Assembly: GCA_044343855.1 (NCBI GenBank)
Contig: JBIJDX010000003.1
Location: 1 to 39,209, forward strand
DNA length: 39,209 bases
DNA from: Flavobacteriales bacterium
GTDB lineage: Bacteria > Bacteroidota > Bacteroidia > Flavobacteriales_F > PHOS-HE28
Reading direction: 5' to 3'
The position numbers and the translations under genes were made by a program. How positions within the stretch are numbered: the first letter of the stretch is position 1; the number at the start of each line of letters is the position of its first letter. The notes under the pieces were generated by a model, which saw only the letters and a program-made list of their open reading frames with translations, was not told the origin of the DNA and ran no database searches. Shown one piece after another: positions 18,151 through 26,771 of this stretch.

Positions 18151-19523
18151 GGCAGTCGGCTGCTAAGTTCCGCTTGTATATCGGTGGCCATCACGTCGGC
18201 CGCGGTGCGAACAAGGTCGGCTCCAAGGGTGGCGATGCTCTTCATTTCACGCGGAGCGGCAAGCAGGTCGCGGAGGTCGCGTCGGGCCCTGTCGGCGAGG
18301 TCCACCTGCCCATTGCGGGCCGGAAGCAATTGTTGGGCGTTCCCCTCGTAGCTGGCGTAGTACATGTGATCCTCCATACTGCGTTCGAGCAACTGGGAGG
18401 CCAATACCTCACCGGTCTCCAGAGAGACCAAGCGATAGGAGAAGGACAGGGAGACCTTGTTCTCCTGGAAGTATTCGCTGTAGCGGGCGGGCTTGTACTT
18501 GGTCACGAAATACTTCTCACCGGTCTCCTTGTTGACCTGTTGCACCCGGTAGCTTTCAAAGCCGTCCTTGGTACTGCGCCGCAGCTGGCCTGCCTCCTCA
18601 CGAAGGTCGATGACATTGCCCATGAGCACGGCCTGCGCACCGATCAGGTTGCCCACACGCACAGCGGTCTGCTCGTCCACCACGCCGCTCAGTCCCAGCC
18701 GCTGTTCTTCAAGGATGCGGTCGATGTTCTCGCGGTCCACCACCTTGAGGAAGGGGTCCCTTGTCTCGACCAGGGCGGTCATGGCCATGGCCTGCACGCG
18801 CGCAGGGATGTCCGCACGTTTGTTGTTGCTGGTGAAGGGAAGCACCGCCACGGTGTACTGGCCCTTGGTGAGCGCCTCCTGCCGCAGGGCGGATGCATCC
18901 TTGTAGGCCGGGTCCTTCTCCACCACACGACCGAGTTCTTCATAGGCCTTCCGGAAGCGTCCGGCCTGGAGGTCGGCGGCACCGGCACGGTACAGGGGTT
19001 CCAGGTAGGCCACGGCCTGCAGGCTGCTGGCGTCCTTGTAATTGGGCTCCAGTCTGGCGATCTGTGCAAAGACCTGCTCCGCGGCGCGGAAGTCCTGCTT
19101 CGCCATCAGGGCCTGCCCCTGGTCGTACAGCTCCACCAGGTGCTCTCCCTTCACACGTTCGAAATCGGTGCGATAGTGGTCGGGTATCTCGAGCACCACA
19201 CCCAACCTGCCCACCAGGTCCCTGTAGCGCGTGGCGTCCAGGTATGCGGCAACGGCCTGGCCCTTGTTGGTTCCCATTGCCATGTTCTGGAAGAAGTCGG
19301 AGAGCTTGTCGTCAAGCAGCATCTGGCCGGTCTTCTTCAGGCCGATCTTGGCGTCCACGTTCTTGCGGTTGCGCTGAACGGCCTGCAGGTACATGTCGGC
19401 GGCCTCGGCATGCAGACCCGCCCCTTCCAGCTTGTTGGCCTTCTTGGTGTAGGACTTCGATCCACTGCATGCCACAAGTGCCTGCAGCAGGAGGAGGATC
19501 AGGATCGACCGAACGGGGCACAT
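18147..19523 (-). CDS. TPR + CsgG/HfaB-like (TolB_N clan) lipoprotein
   Basis: Lipobox LVAC and TPR helices, then VAVLPF, VVDRENIDRILEEQ, G.LIGAQAVLMG.V and RLVSLETGEVL. Confidence 0.85.
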   Translation of the reverse strand: MCPVRSILILLLLQALVACSGSKSYTKKANKLEGAGLHAEAADMYLQAVQRNRKNVDAKIGLKKTGQMLLDDKLSDFFQNMAMGTNKGQAVAAYLDATRYRDLVGRLGVVLEIPDHYRTDFERVKGEHLVELYDQGQALMAKQDFRAAEQVFAQIARLEPNYKDASSLQAVAYLEPLYRAGAADLQAGRFRKAYEELGRVVEKDPAYKDASALRQEALTKGQYTVAVLPFTSNNKRADIPARVQAMAMTALVETRDPFLKVVDRENIDRILEEQRLGLSGVVDEQTAVRVGNLIGAQAVLMGNVIDLREEAGQLRRSTKDGFESYRVQQVNKETGEKYFVTKYKPARYSEYFQENKVSLSFSYRLVSLETGEVLASQLLERSMEDHMYYASYEGNAQQLLPARNGQVDLADRARRDLRDLLAAPREMKSIATLGADLVRTAADVMATDIQAELSSRLP

Positions 19524-19549
19524 GGTACTGCGATTGGCGCTGAACAGGA

Positions 19550-20587
19550 TCAACGGGACTGGATGAACGTGTTCAGTTCGTCCATTGAACTTTCAAAGGT
19601 GAAGGCGTCGTTCACCTTGTAATAATTGCCAATATCGTAGGTGCGGTCGTAAGCGAACTTGGCGAAGTCGATCTTGCTGTCCTCAAAATTGAAGGTGCCC
19701 ATGATGGCCTTCACCTGCTCCACGGTGAAGCAACGGTCCTGGCCGATCTGCTTGGCCATGGTCATCTTGGACTCCTCGAAGCTCTTGCCCTCGATGCTCT
19801 TCCGGGCATCGGCGAACTCGGTGGGGTTCATGGGCCATCCGCACCCGATGGGACCGGAGTAGCCGGGCATGCGGTACACCTCGGGTTCGGCCGGCTTCAC
19901 CGGTGCGGGGGCCGGCTTCGTGGGCTTGGGCTGTGGTGCGGCGGTGGTGGCCGTGGTGGTGGTGGTCGTGGTGGTGGTGCGGGTGGTCGTCGTGGTGGAG
20001 CCTCCGACCATGCCATCATCCACCTTCACGTTCATGTTGAAACCGATGCCGTTGACCCCCATGCTGATGTTCACGTTCTCGCCCGGCATGTCCGAGCCTC
20101 CCTCCTCGACCACGGTGACCGTGGTGGTCTGTTGAACACCGCCCACGTCAATGGTCTGTTCAACATCCTGACCGTTGGTTGCAGGGCGGCCGGAGCGGTC
20201 ATCGGTGAACTCCGCGGGGCGGGGCTTCTCCCGGACCGATGCGGCGGCTGTGCCGAGGGCTGCCTCACCAGTGGGGCGCAATACCCGCTCGCCTTTCTTG
20301 TTGGTCGTCACCATGATCGTGTATTCCATGCCCAATGGGAAGTAACCCGGCTTCTTGAGCGCGGGAATGGAGGCATCCTCGAACTTCACCATCACCATGG
20401 GCGACTCGGTGCGGATACCGGTGGCGACCACGCGGGTGGCCGGACTCTCGTTCTTCACATCGCCGTCGATGATAAGGGTGAACCTGGCACCGTCATCGGT
20501 GAAGAAAACCAGATCGCTGGTTTGCGCACGTGCTGAAACCGGGCAAATGAGGGCGGCTGCGAACGGGAGTAGGATGAAGTGGCGCAT
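19550..20587 (-). CDS. Secreted DUF4476-like domain protein with Thr/Pro-rich linker
   Basis: Signal peptide ARA|Q. C-terminal 'M...F......I....F...K...AK......T..Q...I...F.FE..K..FAK.AY....D..NY..V...F.F'. Confidence 0.8.
   Translation of the reverse strand: MRHFILLPFAAALICPVSARAQTSDLVFFTDDGARFTLIIDGDVKNESPATRVVATGIRTESPMVMVKFEDASIPALKKPGYFPLGMEYTIMVTTNKKGERVLRPTGEAALGTAAASVREKPRPAEFTDDRSGRPATNGQDVEQTIDVGGVQQTTTVTVVEEGGSDMPGENVNISMGVNGIGFNMNVKVDDGMVGGSTTTTTRTTTTTTTTTATTAAPQPKPTKPAPAPVKPAEPEVYRMPGYSGPIGCGWPMNPTEFADARKSIEGKSFEESKMTMAKQIGQDRCFTVEQVKAIMGTFNFEDSKIDFAKFAYDRTYDIGNYYKVNDAFTFESSMDELNTFIQSR
19940..19997. repeat. Imperfect (GTG)n trinucleotide tract encoding a poly-Thr linker
   Basis: Runs of gtg/gtc on the + strand translate on the - strand as STTTTTRTTTTTTTTTATTA. 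Confidence 0.8.
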
Positions 20588-20632
20588 GGGTCGTTGGCTG
20601 CAAGCCGCTAAGTTAGATCGTTGCCATTGGTG

Positions 20633-20649
20633 GGCAATCCGCATGCCAA
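20633..20649 (-). promoter_or_regulatory. Putative sigma54 (-24/-12) promoter heading the DUF4476-CsgG-LPP20 cluster
   Basis: Minus strand reads TTGGCATGCGGATTGCC, matching TGGCA(C/T)-N5-TTGC, 45 nt upstream of the ATG at 20587. Confidence 0.75.
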
Positions 20650-20758
20650 AGTGCCATGTTGCCCATGCTGCGGGCACTGGGTACGGGCGTGATGGAGCAT
20701 ACGCGAAGGGTTTCGCATCTTCGCGACCCCGCGGACGATGGTTCCTGCGGTGGGAGCC

Positions 20759-22096
20759 ATGCGAAAGATCCTGATCCTCGGTGCCGGCCGTTCGGCCTCT
20801 TCGCTCATCCAGTACCTTATCCGGCATGCGCGCGAGCAGCAATGGCGGGTGACCGTGGCTGACAGGGAGGTGTCCAACGCGGAGCGCCTGGTAAACGGAG
20901 GTGATGCGGTTGCGAAGGGTGTGGCCCTTGATGCCACGGATGGCAGTGCCCGGGCTGCGCTCATCGCCCAACACGACCTTGTGATCAGCATGCTGCCGGC
21001 CTTCATGCACATGGACGTGCTGAAGGACTGCCTGGCCTTGCGCAGGCATGTGATCACCCCGAGCTATGTACCGGATGCGTTGTGGGCCCTGGATATGGCG
21101 TTCAAGGAGGCCGGGCTCATCGTGCTCAACGAGATGGGCCTCGACCCTGGCATCGACCACATGAGCGCCATGCGCATCATCGACAGGCTGAAGGCGGCAG
21201 GTGGCCGGATGGATGCGTTCGAGAGCTATTGTGGCGGACTCGTGGCACCCGAGAGCGATGACAACCCCTGGGGCTACAAGTTCAGTTGGAACCCACGCAA
21301 CGTGGTGCTGGCGGGACAGGGCGGTGCTGCGAAGTACATCCGTGATGGTGTCACCAAGTACATCCCCTACCACAGGCTTTTCCAGCAGGTGCAGCACATC
21401 GATGTGCCCGGCATGGGCGGCTTCGATGGCTATGCCAACCGCGACTCGCTGAAGTACCGGGCGGCTTACGGTCTGGAGGGCATTCCCACCCTGCTGCGGG
21501 GCACACTGCGCAAGGCGGGTTACTGTGCCGCTTGGGATGCCTTCGTTCAATTGGGTTGCACGGATGATGGTTACCCCATGGAACTACCGGGTGCCAGCAC
21601 CTGGGCGGACTACCTGCGCGCGTTCCTCCCCGGCAATGCGCAGGATGTGCGGCGCGCCACCGCTGACTACCTCGGCGCTGGTGCCACGGAGGAAGTGCTC
21701 GACAAACTGGCCTGGCTTGGCCTCTTCGATTCCATACCGATCGGGGTGGAGGGCGGATCGCCGGCGGCCACCCTGCAACACCTGCTGGAACAGAAGTGGA
21801 GGTTGGGGCCAGCCGATAAGGACCTGGTGGTGATGTGGCACCGTTTCCGGTACAGTATGAACGGTCGCACGCACGAGCTGCAGGCCTCGCTGGCCTCCAT
21901 CGGCCTGGACCCCGTGCATACCGCCATGGCACGCACGGTCGGGCTGCCCATCGGGATGGCCTGCAAATTGGCTTTGAACGGTGCCATCGAGGACCGCGGG
22001 GTGCTGCTTCCCTTGAAGCCCGCCATCTACGACCCCGTACTGGACGAATTGGAGGGCCTGGGCATCACGTTCCAGGAGACGGAGCGCGCTCTGTAA
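20759..22096 (+). CDS. Saccharopine dehydrogenase family protein
   Basis: ILILGAG, ISMLP, NEMGLDPGIDHMSAM, SYCGGL, YKFSWNP and RGTLR motifs. Confidence 0.93.
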   Translation: MRKILILGAGRSASSLIQYLIRHAREQQWRVTVADREVSNAERLVNGGDAVAKGVALDATDGSARAALIAQHDLVISMLPAFMHMDVLKDCLALRRHVITPSYVPDALWALDMAFKEAGLIVLNEMGLDPGIDHMSAMRIIDRLKAAGGRMDAFESYCGGLVAPESDDNPWGYKFSWNPRNVVLAGQGGAAKYIRDGVTKYIPYHRLFQQVQHIDVPGMGGFDGYANRDSLKYRAAYGLEGIPTLLRGTLRKAGYCAAWDAFVQLGCTDDGYPMELPGASTWADYLRAFLPGNAQDVRRATADYLGAGATEEVLDKLAWLGLFDSIPIGVEGGSPAATLQHLLEQKWRLGPADKDLVVMWHRFRYSMNGRTHELQASLASIGLDPVHTAMARTVGLPIGMACKLALNGAIEDRGVLLPLKPAIYDPVLDELEGLGITFQETERAL

Positions 22097-22104
22097 GCCG
22101 AGGA

Positions 22105-22815
22105 TCAGAAGCCGAGCATGAGATCGGCCAACAAGGCTCGGTACTCGGGCGAATAGTCGAAGGGGCCTGAGCGCTCCACGCACAACTCCTCTGCGCGTGG
22201 GGGCCTTCCACTCCGGTCCAGCTCCAACAACACGCGCTTGGGGGGGCGGTGCGGCACGTAGCGCACCACGCAGCGCCGCACGGGGGCGAGTCCGACGCGG
22301 GCGGCGAGCGTCAGCAGTTCCTGTTCGCGGTTCAACGGCAGGATGAGGGCGAAGCGACCCGCAGGGGCGAGCAGTCGTTCCACAGCGGCCACCAGCGCAT
22401 CGAAGCGCAGTTCACCGCTGTGCTTTGCAAGGTCGATGCGTACATCCGGCGAGCGGGAATAGTCCGCGTAATAGGGCGGATTGCACACCACCAGGTCAAA
22501 GGGTTCAGCGCTGTGCAGCCTCCGCACATCCATGGCATGGATGCGGACACGGTCGCTCCACGGACTTGCAGCCGCATTCTCCGCCGCTTGGGACGCGGCT
22601 TCCGCATCGATCTCCACCGCATCGATCCGCGCCATGGCATTGCGCTGCGCCGCGATCAGGGCGAGCAGACCGGTACCGGTCCCGATATCCAGGATGCGTG
22701 CAGCACCGGCATAGTCCACCCATGCACCGAAGAGCACACCGTCGGTGCTCACCTTCATGGCGCAGCGGTCCTGCTGAACGGTGAACTGTTTGAAGCGGAA
22801 GGATGGTTTGGGCAT
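22105..22815 (-). CDS. tRNA1(Val) (adenine37-N6)-methyltransferase (YfiC/TrmM-like)
   Basis: F.FKQF, AMKV.TDGVL.GAW, LDIGTGTG and NPPY motifs. Confidence 0.92.
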   Translation of the reverse strand: MPKPSFRFKQFTVQQDRCAMKVSTDGVLFGAWVDYAGAARILDIGTGTGLLALIAAQRNAMARIDAVEIDAEAASQAAENAAASPWSDRVRIHAMDVRRLHSAEPFDLVVCNPPYYADYSRSPDVRIDLAKHSGELRFDALVAAVERLLAPAGRFALILPLNREQELLTLAARVGLAPVRRCVVRYVPHRPPKRVLLELDRSGRPPRAEELCVERSGPFDYSPEYRALLADLMLGF

Positions 22816-22819
22816 GCGA

Positions 22820-23347
22820 TCAAGCGCCGCGGTACAGCTCCAGCAAGCCGGGTGGGGTTCGCACCACCAGGAGGCCCTGCGCGGCATCAATGCCCACCAC
22901 CAGCTCATCGGCCAAGGGAACGAGCACCTCTTCCCCACCGTTCCGGATCACCAGCACCGGATGCTCATCGGTTCCATCCAGGGCCACCACTTCGCCCAGT
23001 TCGCCATGGGCTTCATCGGCCACCTGCATACCGATCAGGGTGGCGGGATCCCAGTGTTCTTCATCGTCCTCCACCAACAGCCCGGGTGGAGCGTAGATGT
23101 CGCGTCCCACAAGGATGGCAGCCGACTGGGGGTCGTGGAATTCATCGAACTTCACCAGTACATCGCGGCCCTTGTCCCGCAATTTGGCGATGAAGAAGGG
23201 CACCTTCTGGCCGTCTATATCAGCGAACAGGCATTCCGCCCCGGAGAGGTCCTCGAGTTCCACCCCCTCCAGTTGCACGGTGAGATCGCCCTGGTGGCCC
23301 CAGGGCTTGCCGAGCCTGCCGATGCGCTGGAGGCTGTCGAGGTCCAT
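22820..23347 (-). CDS. rimM: Ribosome maturation factor RimM
   Basis: IG.LGKP.G..G motif and C-terminal PRC barrel (EVLVP, PPGLLELY). Lies downstream of rpsP. Confidence 0.92.
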   Translation of the reverse strand: MDLDSLQRIGRLGKPWGHQGDLTVQLEGVELEDLSGAECLFADIDGQKVPFFIAKLRDKGRDVLVKFDEFHDPQSAAILVGRDIYAPPGLLVEDDEEHWDPATLIGMQVADEAHGELGEVVALDGTDEHPVLVIRNGGEEVLVPLADELVVGIDAAQGLLVVRTPPGLLELYRGA

Positions 23348-23383
23348 GGCCGAAAGGTACGGGCCGTACCGGGGATGAATGAA

Positions 23384-23413
23384 CAAGGCCCGCTTCGGGG
23401 AAAGCGGGCCTTG
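23384..23413 (-). terminator. Hairpin / probable terminator after rpsP
   Basis: Perfect 12-bp stem CAAGGCCCGCTT-N6-AAGCGGGCCTTG. Confidence 0.75.
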
Positions 23414-23432
23414 CTACGGACAGGTGAACGGA

Positions 23433-23969
23433 TCACTCAGCGGCGGCCTCTGCGGCAGGCGCTTCGCCTTCGGTGGCTTCTGCAGCGGGCGCGGGGGCTT
23501 CAGCGGAAGCAGCGGCCAGCTTGGCGCTGATGGCCGCGGCGCGGTCGGCGGACTTCTTGTTCTCGGCGTCGAGGCGGGCCTTGGCGGCAGCCTGGGCGCT
23601 CTGGGCAAGCTTGTTCTTCTTGCCCTCGATCTTGGCGGTCTTCTCGTTCATCCAGATGTCGAAGCGGCGCTCCGCCTCAGCGGCATCGAACGCACCTTTC
23701 TTCACGCCGTTGGCGAGGTGGTTCTTGTAGACGACCCCGGAGTAGCTGAGGATGGCCCGGCAGGTGTCGCTGGGCTGGGCACCCTTCTGCAGCCAATCGA
23801 GGGCCTTCTCCATGTTAACCTCCACGAAGGCGGGATTCTGGTTGGGATCGTACGCACCGATCCGTTCGATGTATTTCCCGTCACGGGGAGCACGGGAATC
23901 AGCCACCACCACATGGTAGTAGGGCTGGCCTTTTTTGCCTTTACGCTGAAGGCGGATGCGAGTTGGCAT
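23433..23969 (-). CDS. rpsP: 30S ribosomal protein S16 with long C-terminal extension
   Basis: IRLQR.GKK.QPYY.VVVADSRAPRDG and W...GAQPSDT motifs, with an Ala/Glu-rich tail. Confidence 0.98.
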   Translation of the reverse strand: MPTRIRLQRKGKKGQPYYHVVVADSRAPRDGKYIERIGAYDPNQNPAFVEVNMEKALDWLQKGAQPSDTCRAILSYSGVVYKNHLANGVKKGAFDAAEAERRFDIWMNEKTAKIEGKKNKLAQSAQAAAKARLDAENKKSADRAAAISAKLAAASAEAPAPAAEATEGEAPAAEAAAE

Positions 23970-24008
23970 GTCGCGTTTTGGGTTAGTTCCCTCGTTGGTA
24001 AGGGGCCG

Positions 24009-24016
24009 CAAATGTA
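24009..24016 (-). promoter_or_regulatory. Bacteroidota -7 promoter element (TACATTTG) for rpsP
   Basis: Exact TAnnTTTG match 39 nt upstream of the ATG. Confidence 0.7.
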
Positions 24017-24102
24017 GTGGATCCCTGCGAACCAACAAGTACAGCCGCAGGGGGCAGGTGACCGGGAGGCCCGGTTGTTGCGCTGGTCACCACCTTTGCC
24101 CC

Positions 24103-26349
24103 ATGCGCCTCCTCCTTCCCTTCCTGTTCCTGAGCCTTGCTGCTCAAGCCCAGCTCCAGCTCATTCCCCAGCCGGCGGACCTGCGCATGGAGGCCGGCAC
24201 CCTCGACCTTGCCTGTCCCTGGCAGGTGGAGGTGGACCCTGCGGCCTCCAAGGACCTCGCGGACCTGCTGCGCACCGAGCTCACCGCCCTGCACGGACCC
24301 CGCACCTCGGACTGCCTCCTCCCAATGCGCATAGCGTTCACACGCATGCAGCCGGACACCACCCTGCCCGACGAATGGCACACAGTGCAGGTGCGACCGG
24401 ACGGCATCACCGTAAGCGCACCCACGGAGGAAGGGCTTTTCCGAGGAAGCCGCACGGTGGTGCAGTTGCTCGAACAGGGCAGCGCGAGCGGCACCATGCC
24501 CTGCCTCAGCATCACGGACCATCCGCGCTTCGGCTGGCGCGGCATGCACCTGGACGTGTGCCGCCACTTCTTCGGCGTGGACTTCGTGAAGAAGTACATC
24601 GATCTGCTGGCCCGCTACAAGATGAACAGCTTCCACTGGCACCTCACCGAGGACCAGGGCTGGCGCATCGAGATCAAGCAGCACCCGAAGCTCACCGGGG
24701 TGGGTGCCTGGCGAAAGGGCAGCCAGATCGGACCCTACAGCCGCAGGCAGTATGACACCATCCCCTACGGCGGCTACTACACCCAGAAGGAGATCGTGGA
24801 GGTGGTGGAATACGCCAGGGTCCGTCACATCAACGTGGTGCCCGAGATCGAACTGCCGGGGCATGCCATGGCCGCGCTGGCGGCCTATCCGCATCTGGGT
24901 TGTACCGGCGGGCCGTACGAAGTGCAGAAGGGCTGGGGCGTGTTCGAGGATGTGTTCTGCGCCGGCAACGACAGTGTGTTCGATGTTCTGGAGGATGTGC
25001 TGATCGAGGTGATGGAGCTCTTTCCCAGCCCATACATCCACATCGGCGGTGACGAATGCCCCAAGGATGCGTGGAAGACGTGCGGCAAATGCCAGGCGCG
25101 CAAGCAGCGGGAAGGCCTGAAGGACGAGCACGAACTGCAGAGCTGGTTCATTCAACGCATCGAACGGTTCGTGAACGAGCGGGGGCGGATGATCATCGGT
25201 TGGGACGAGATCCTGGAGGGGGGACTTGCGCCCAACGCCACGGTGATGAGTTGGCAGGGGATCGAAGGCGGGATCGCAGCGGCGCGGAGCGGTCATTATG
25301 CGGTGATGAGCCCCGGCAGCCATTGCTACTTCGACCACTACCAGGGCGACCCTGCGAACGAACCGCTGGCCATCGGCGGATATACCACGGTGCAGAAGGT
25401 CTACGGTTACGAGCCCATCCCCGCCGAACTGAAGCCCGAGGAGCACAAGTACATCCTGGGCGCGCAGGGAAACGTGTGGACGGAATACATCCTCACACCG
25501 GAGCATGTGGAATACATGGCCGTGCCGCGCATGCTGGCCCTGGCGGAAGTGCTGTGGACCCCGAAGGAGAAGCGGAACGAGGCGGACTTCATCGCCCGGC
25601 TGGAAGGGGAGTTCCCGAAGCTGGAGGAAATGGGTGTGAACGCGAGCAGGAGCATGTACCAGGTCAATATCCGACCGATGCAGGGCAGGGAACCGGGCAC
25701 CATCGAAGTGGAGATGCGATCAGGCACGGACACGAACATTTCCATGACGGAGATGCCCCCGCCATATGATGCGTCTGTGGCTCCGTTGCAGGCATACGCA
25801 GGTCCCGTTGTGATCGACAGCGACCGCGAGCTGCATGGCTGGCTGCAGCGAGAAGGGCTCACCGGGCCCATTGCGAAGCGACGCTTCCTCTTCAACAAGG
25901 CCACCGCCCAGAAGATCACTTTGAGCACCCCGCCCAACGAGCGTTACAACGAAGGCGGCGGGTTCACTCTGGTGGATGGCATCACCGCGCAGGAGAAGCG
26001 CGTGAACACCGAGTGGCTGGGCTGGAAACAGGGCGTCACCATCACGGTTGACCTGGGTGGCGTCCAGGACATCCGCAGCATCGGCATAGGTGCGTTGCAT
26101 GAGACCTACAGTTGGATCCATGCACCGAAGGCGATCGAGTTCCACGTGAGCACGGATGGGAAGACCTTCAGCTCATTGGGGAAGGCTGCACCGAAGGCAA
26201 CCACCGGACGGATCCAATTCGGTATCAAAAAAGCCGGAAAGGCACGCTACGTGCGCCTGAACGTGCAGCATCGGGGCCCCATCCCTGAAGGACTCCCCGG
26301 CGCAGGAAGTGCGGCATGGATGTTCCTGGACGAGATCGAAGTGCGGTAG
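24103..26349 (+). CDS. Beta-N-acetylhexosaminidase (GH20) with C-terminal F5/8-like domain
   Basis: Signal peptide AQA|Q, WRGMHLDVCRHF, HWHLTEDQGWR, PEIELPGH and catalytic HIGGDE. Confidence 0.95.
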   Translation: MRLLLPFLFLSLAAQAQLQLIPQPADLRMEAGTLDLACPWQVEVDPAASKDLADLLRTELTALHGPRTSDCLLPMRIAFTRMQPDTTLPDEWHTVQVRPDGITVSAPTEEGLFRGSRTVVQLLEQGSASGTMPCLSITDHPRFGWRGMHLDVCRHFFGVDFVKKYIDLLARYKMNSFHWHLTEDQGWRIEIKQHPKLTGVGAWRKGSQIGPYSRRQYDTIPYGGYYTQKEIVEVVEYARVRHINVVPEIELPGHAMAALAAYPHLGCTGGPYEVQKGWGVFEDVFCAGNDSVFDVLEDVLIEVMELFPSPYIHIGGDECPKDAWKTCGKCQARKQREGLKDEHELQSWFIQRIERFVNERGRMIIGWDEILEGGLAPNATVMSWQGIEGGIAAARSGHYAVMSPGSHCYFDHYQGDPANEPLAIGGYTTVQKVYGYEPIPAELKPEEHKYILGAQGNVWTEYILTPEHVEYMAVPRMLALAEVLWTPKEKRNEADFIARLEGEFPKLEEMGVNASRSMYQVNIRPMQGREPGTIEVEMRSGTDTNISMTEMPPPYDASVAPLQAYAGPVVIDSDRELHGWLQREGLTGPIAKRRFLFNKATAQKITLSTPPNERYNEGGGFTLVDGITAQEKRVNTEWLGWKQGVTITVDLGGVQDIRSIGIGALHETYSWIHAPKAIEFHVSTDGKTFSSLGKAAPKATTGRIQFGIKKAGKARYVRLNVQHRGPIPEGLPGAGSAAWMFLDEIEVR

Positions 26350-26375
26350 GAACGATCTTTGGGTATTCGAACATC

Positions 26376-26729
26376 ATGAAACACCTGCTGATCGCCACGT
26401 TGCTGCTCTGCGGCTTTTCGGCAGCCGCCCAAAGCACGATCTACAGCCACGCCATCGGCAACTGGCGCAATGGCCCCACGGTCTACATCACACCGGTGAT
26501 CGAGACCACGGAGAAGGTGGGCAGTGCGGGCGTACGCGCCCTGGTGAAGGAGCAGTACCCGGAGCTCCGTGACATCCCCGTACATGACCTTGATGTGCTG
26601 CTCTTCGGCACACAGGAAGAAGCGGAGTTGAGCCGTCGCACCCTGCAGACCAAGTACACCCTGCGCAAGCTGCCGATCGTGATGCTACCTGCCGCACCGG
26701 ACAACACTCCGCCGCCCGCACGCCAGTAA
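26376..26729 (+). CDS. Small secreted hypothetical protein
   Basis: Signal peptide MKHLLIATLLLCGFSAAA|Q. No family recognised. Confidence 0.75.
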   Translation: MKHLLIATLLLCGFSAAAQSTIYSHAIGNWRNGPTVYITPVIETTEKVGSAGVRALVKEQYPELRDIPVHDLDVLLFGTQEEAELSRRTLQTKYTLRKLPIVMLPAAPDNTPPPARQ

Positions 26730-26771
26730 GCCCCGGCAGGCCGCGAGACCGATCTCCACCTTGGATATACC

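Noticed and set aside
18147-19523. Curli biogenesis operon
   Set aside because: No curlin-repeat subunits or CsgE/CsgF-like genes, and the protein has a TPR fusion unlike CsgG proper.
19940-19997. (GTG)n tract as a phase-variation switch or CRISPR-like repeat
   Set aside because: It is an imperfect in-frame triplet run encoding a Thr linker, with no spacers.
20588-21550. Apparent 320-aa N-terminal extension of the DUF4476 ORF (666 aa in the track)
   Set aside because: It is antisense to the saccharopine dehydrogenase gene. The signal peptide and promoter motif support a start at 20587.
22105-23969. rpsP-rimM without trmD, and the extended S16
   Set aside because: To my knowledge this is a common arrangement in Bacteroidota, so it is not novel.
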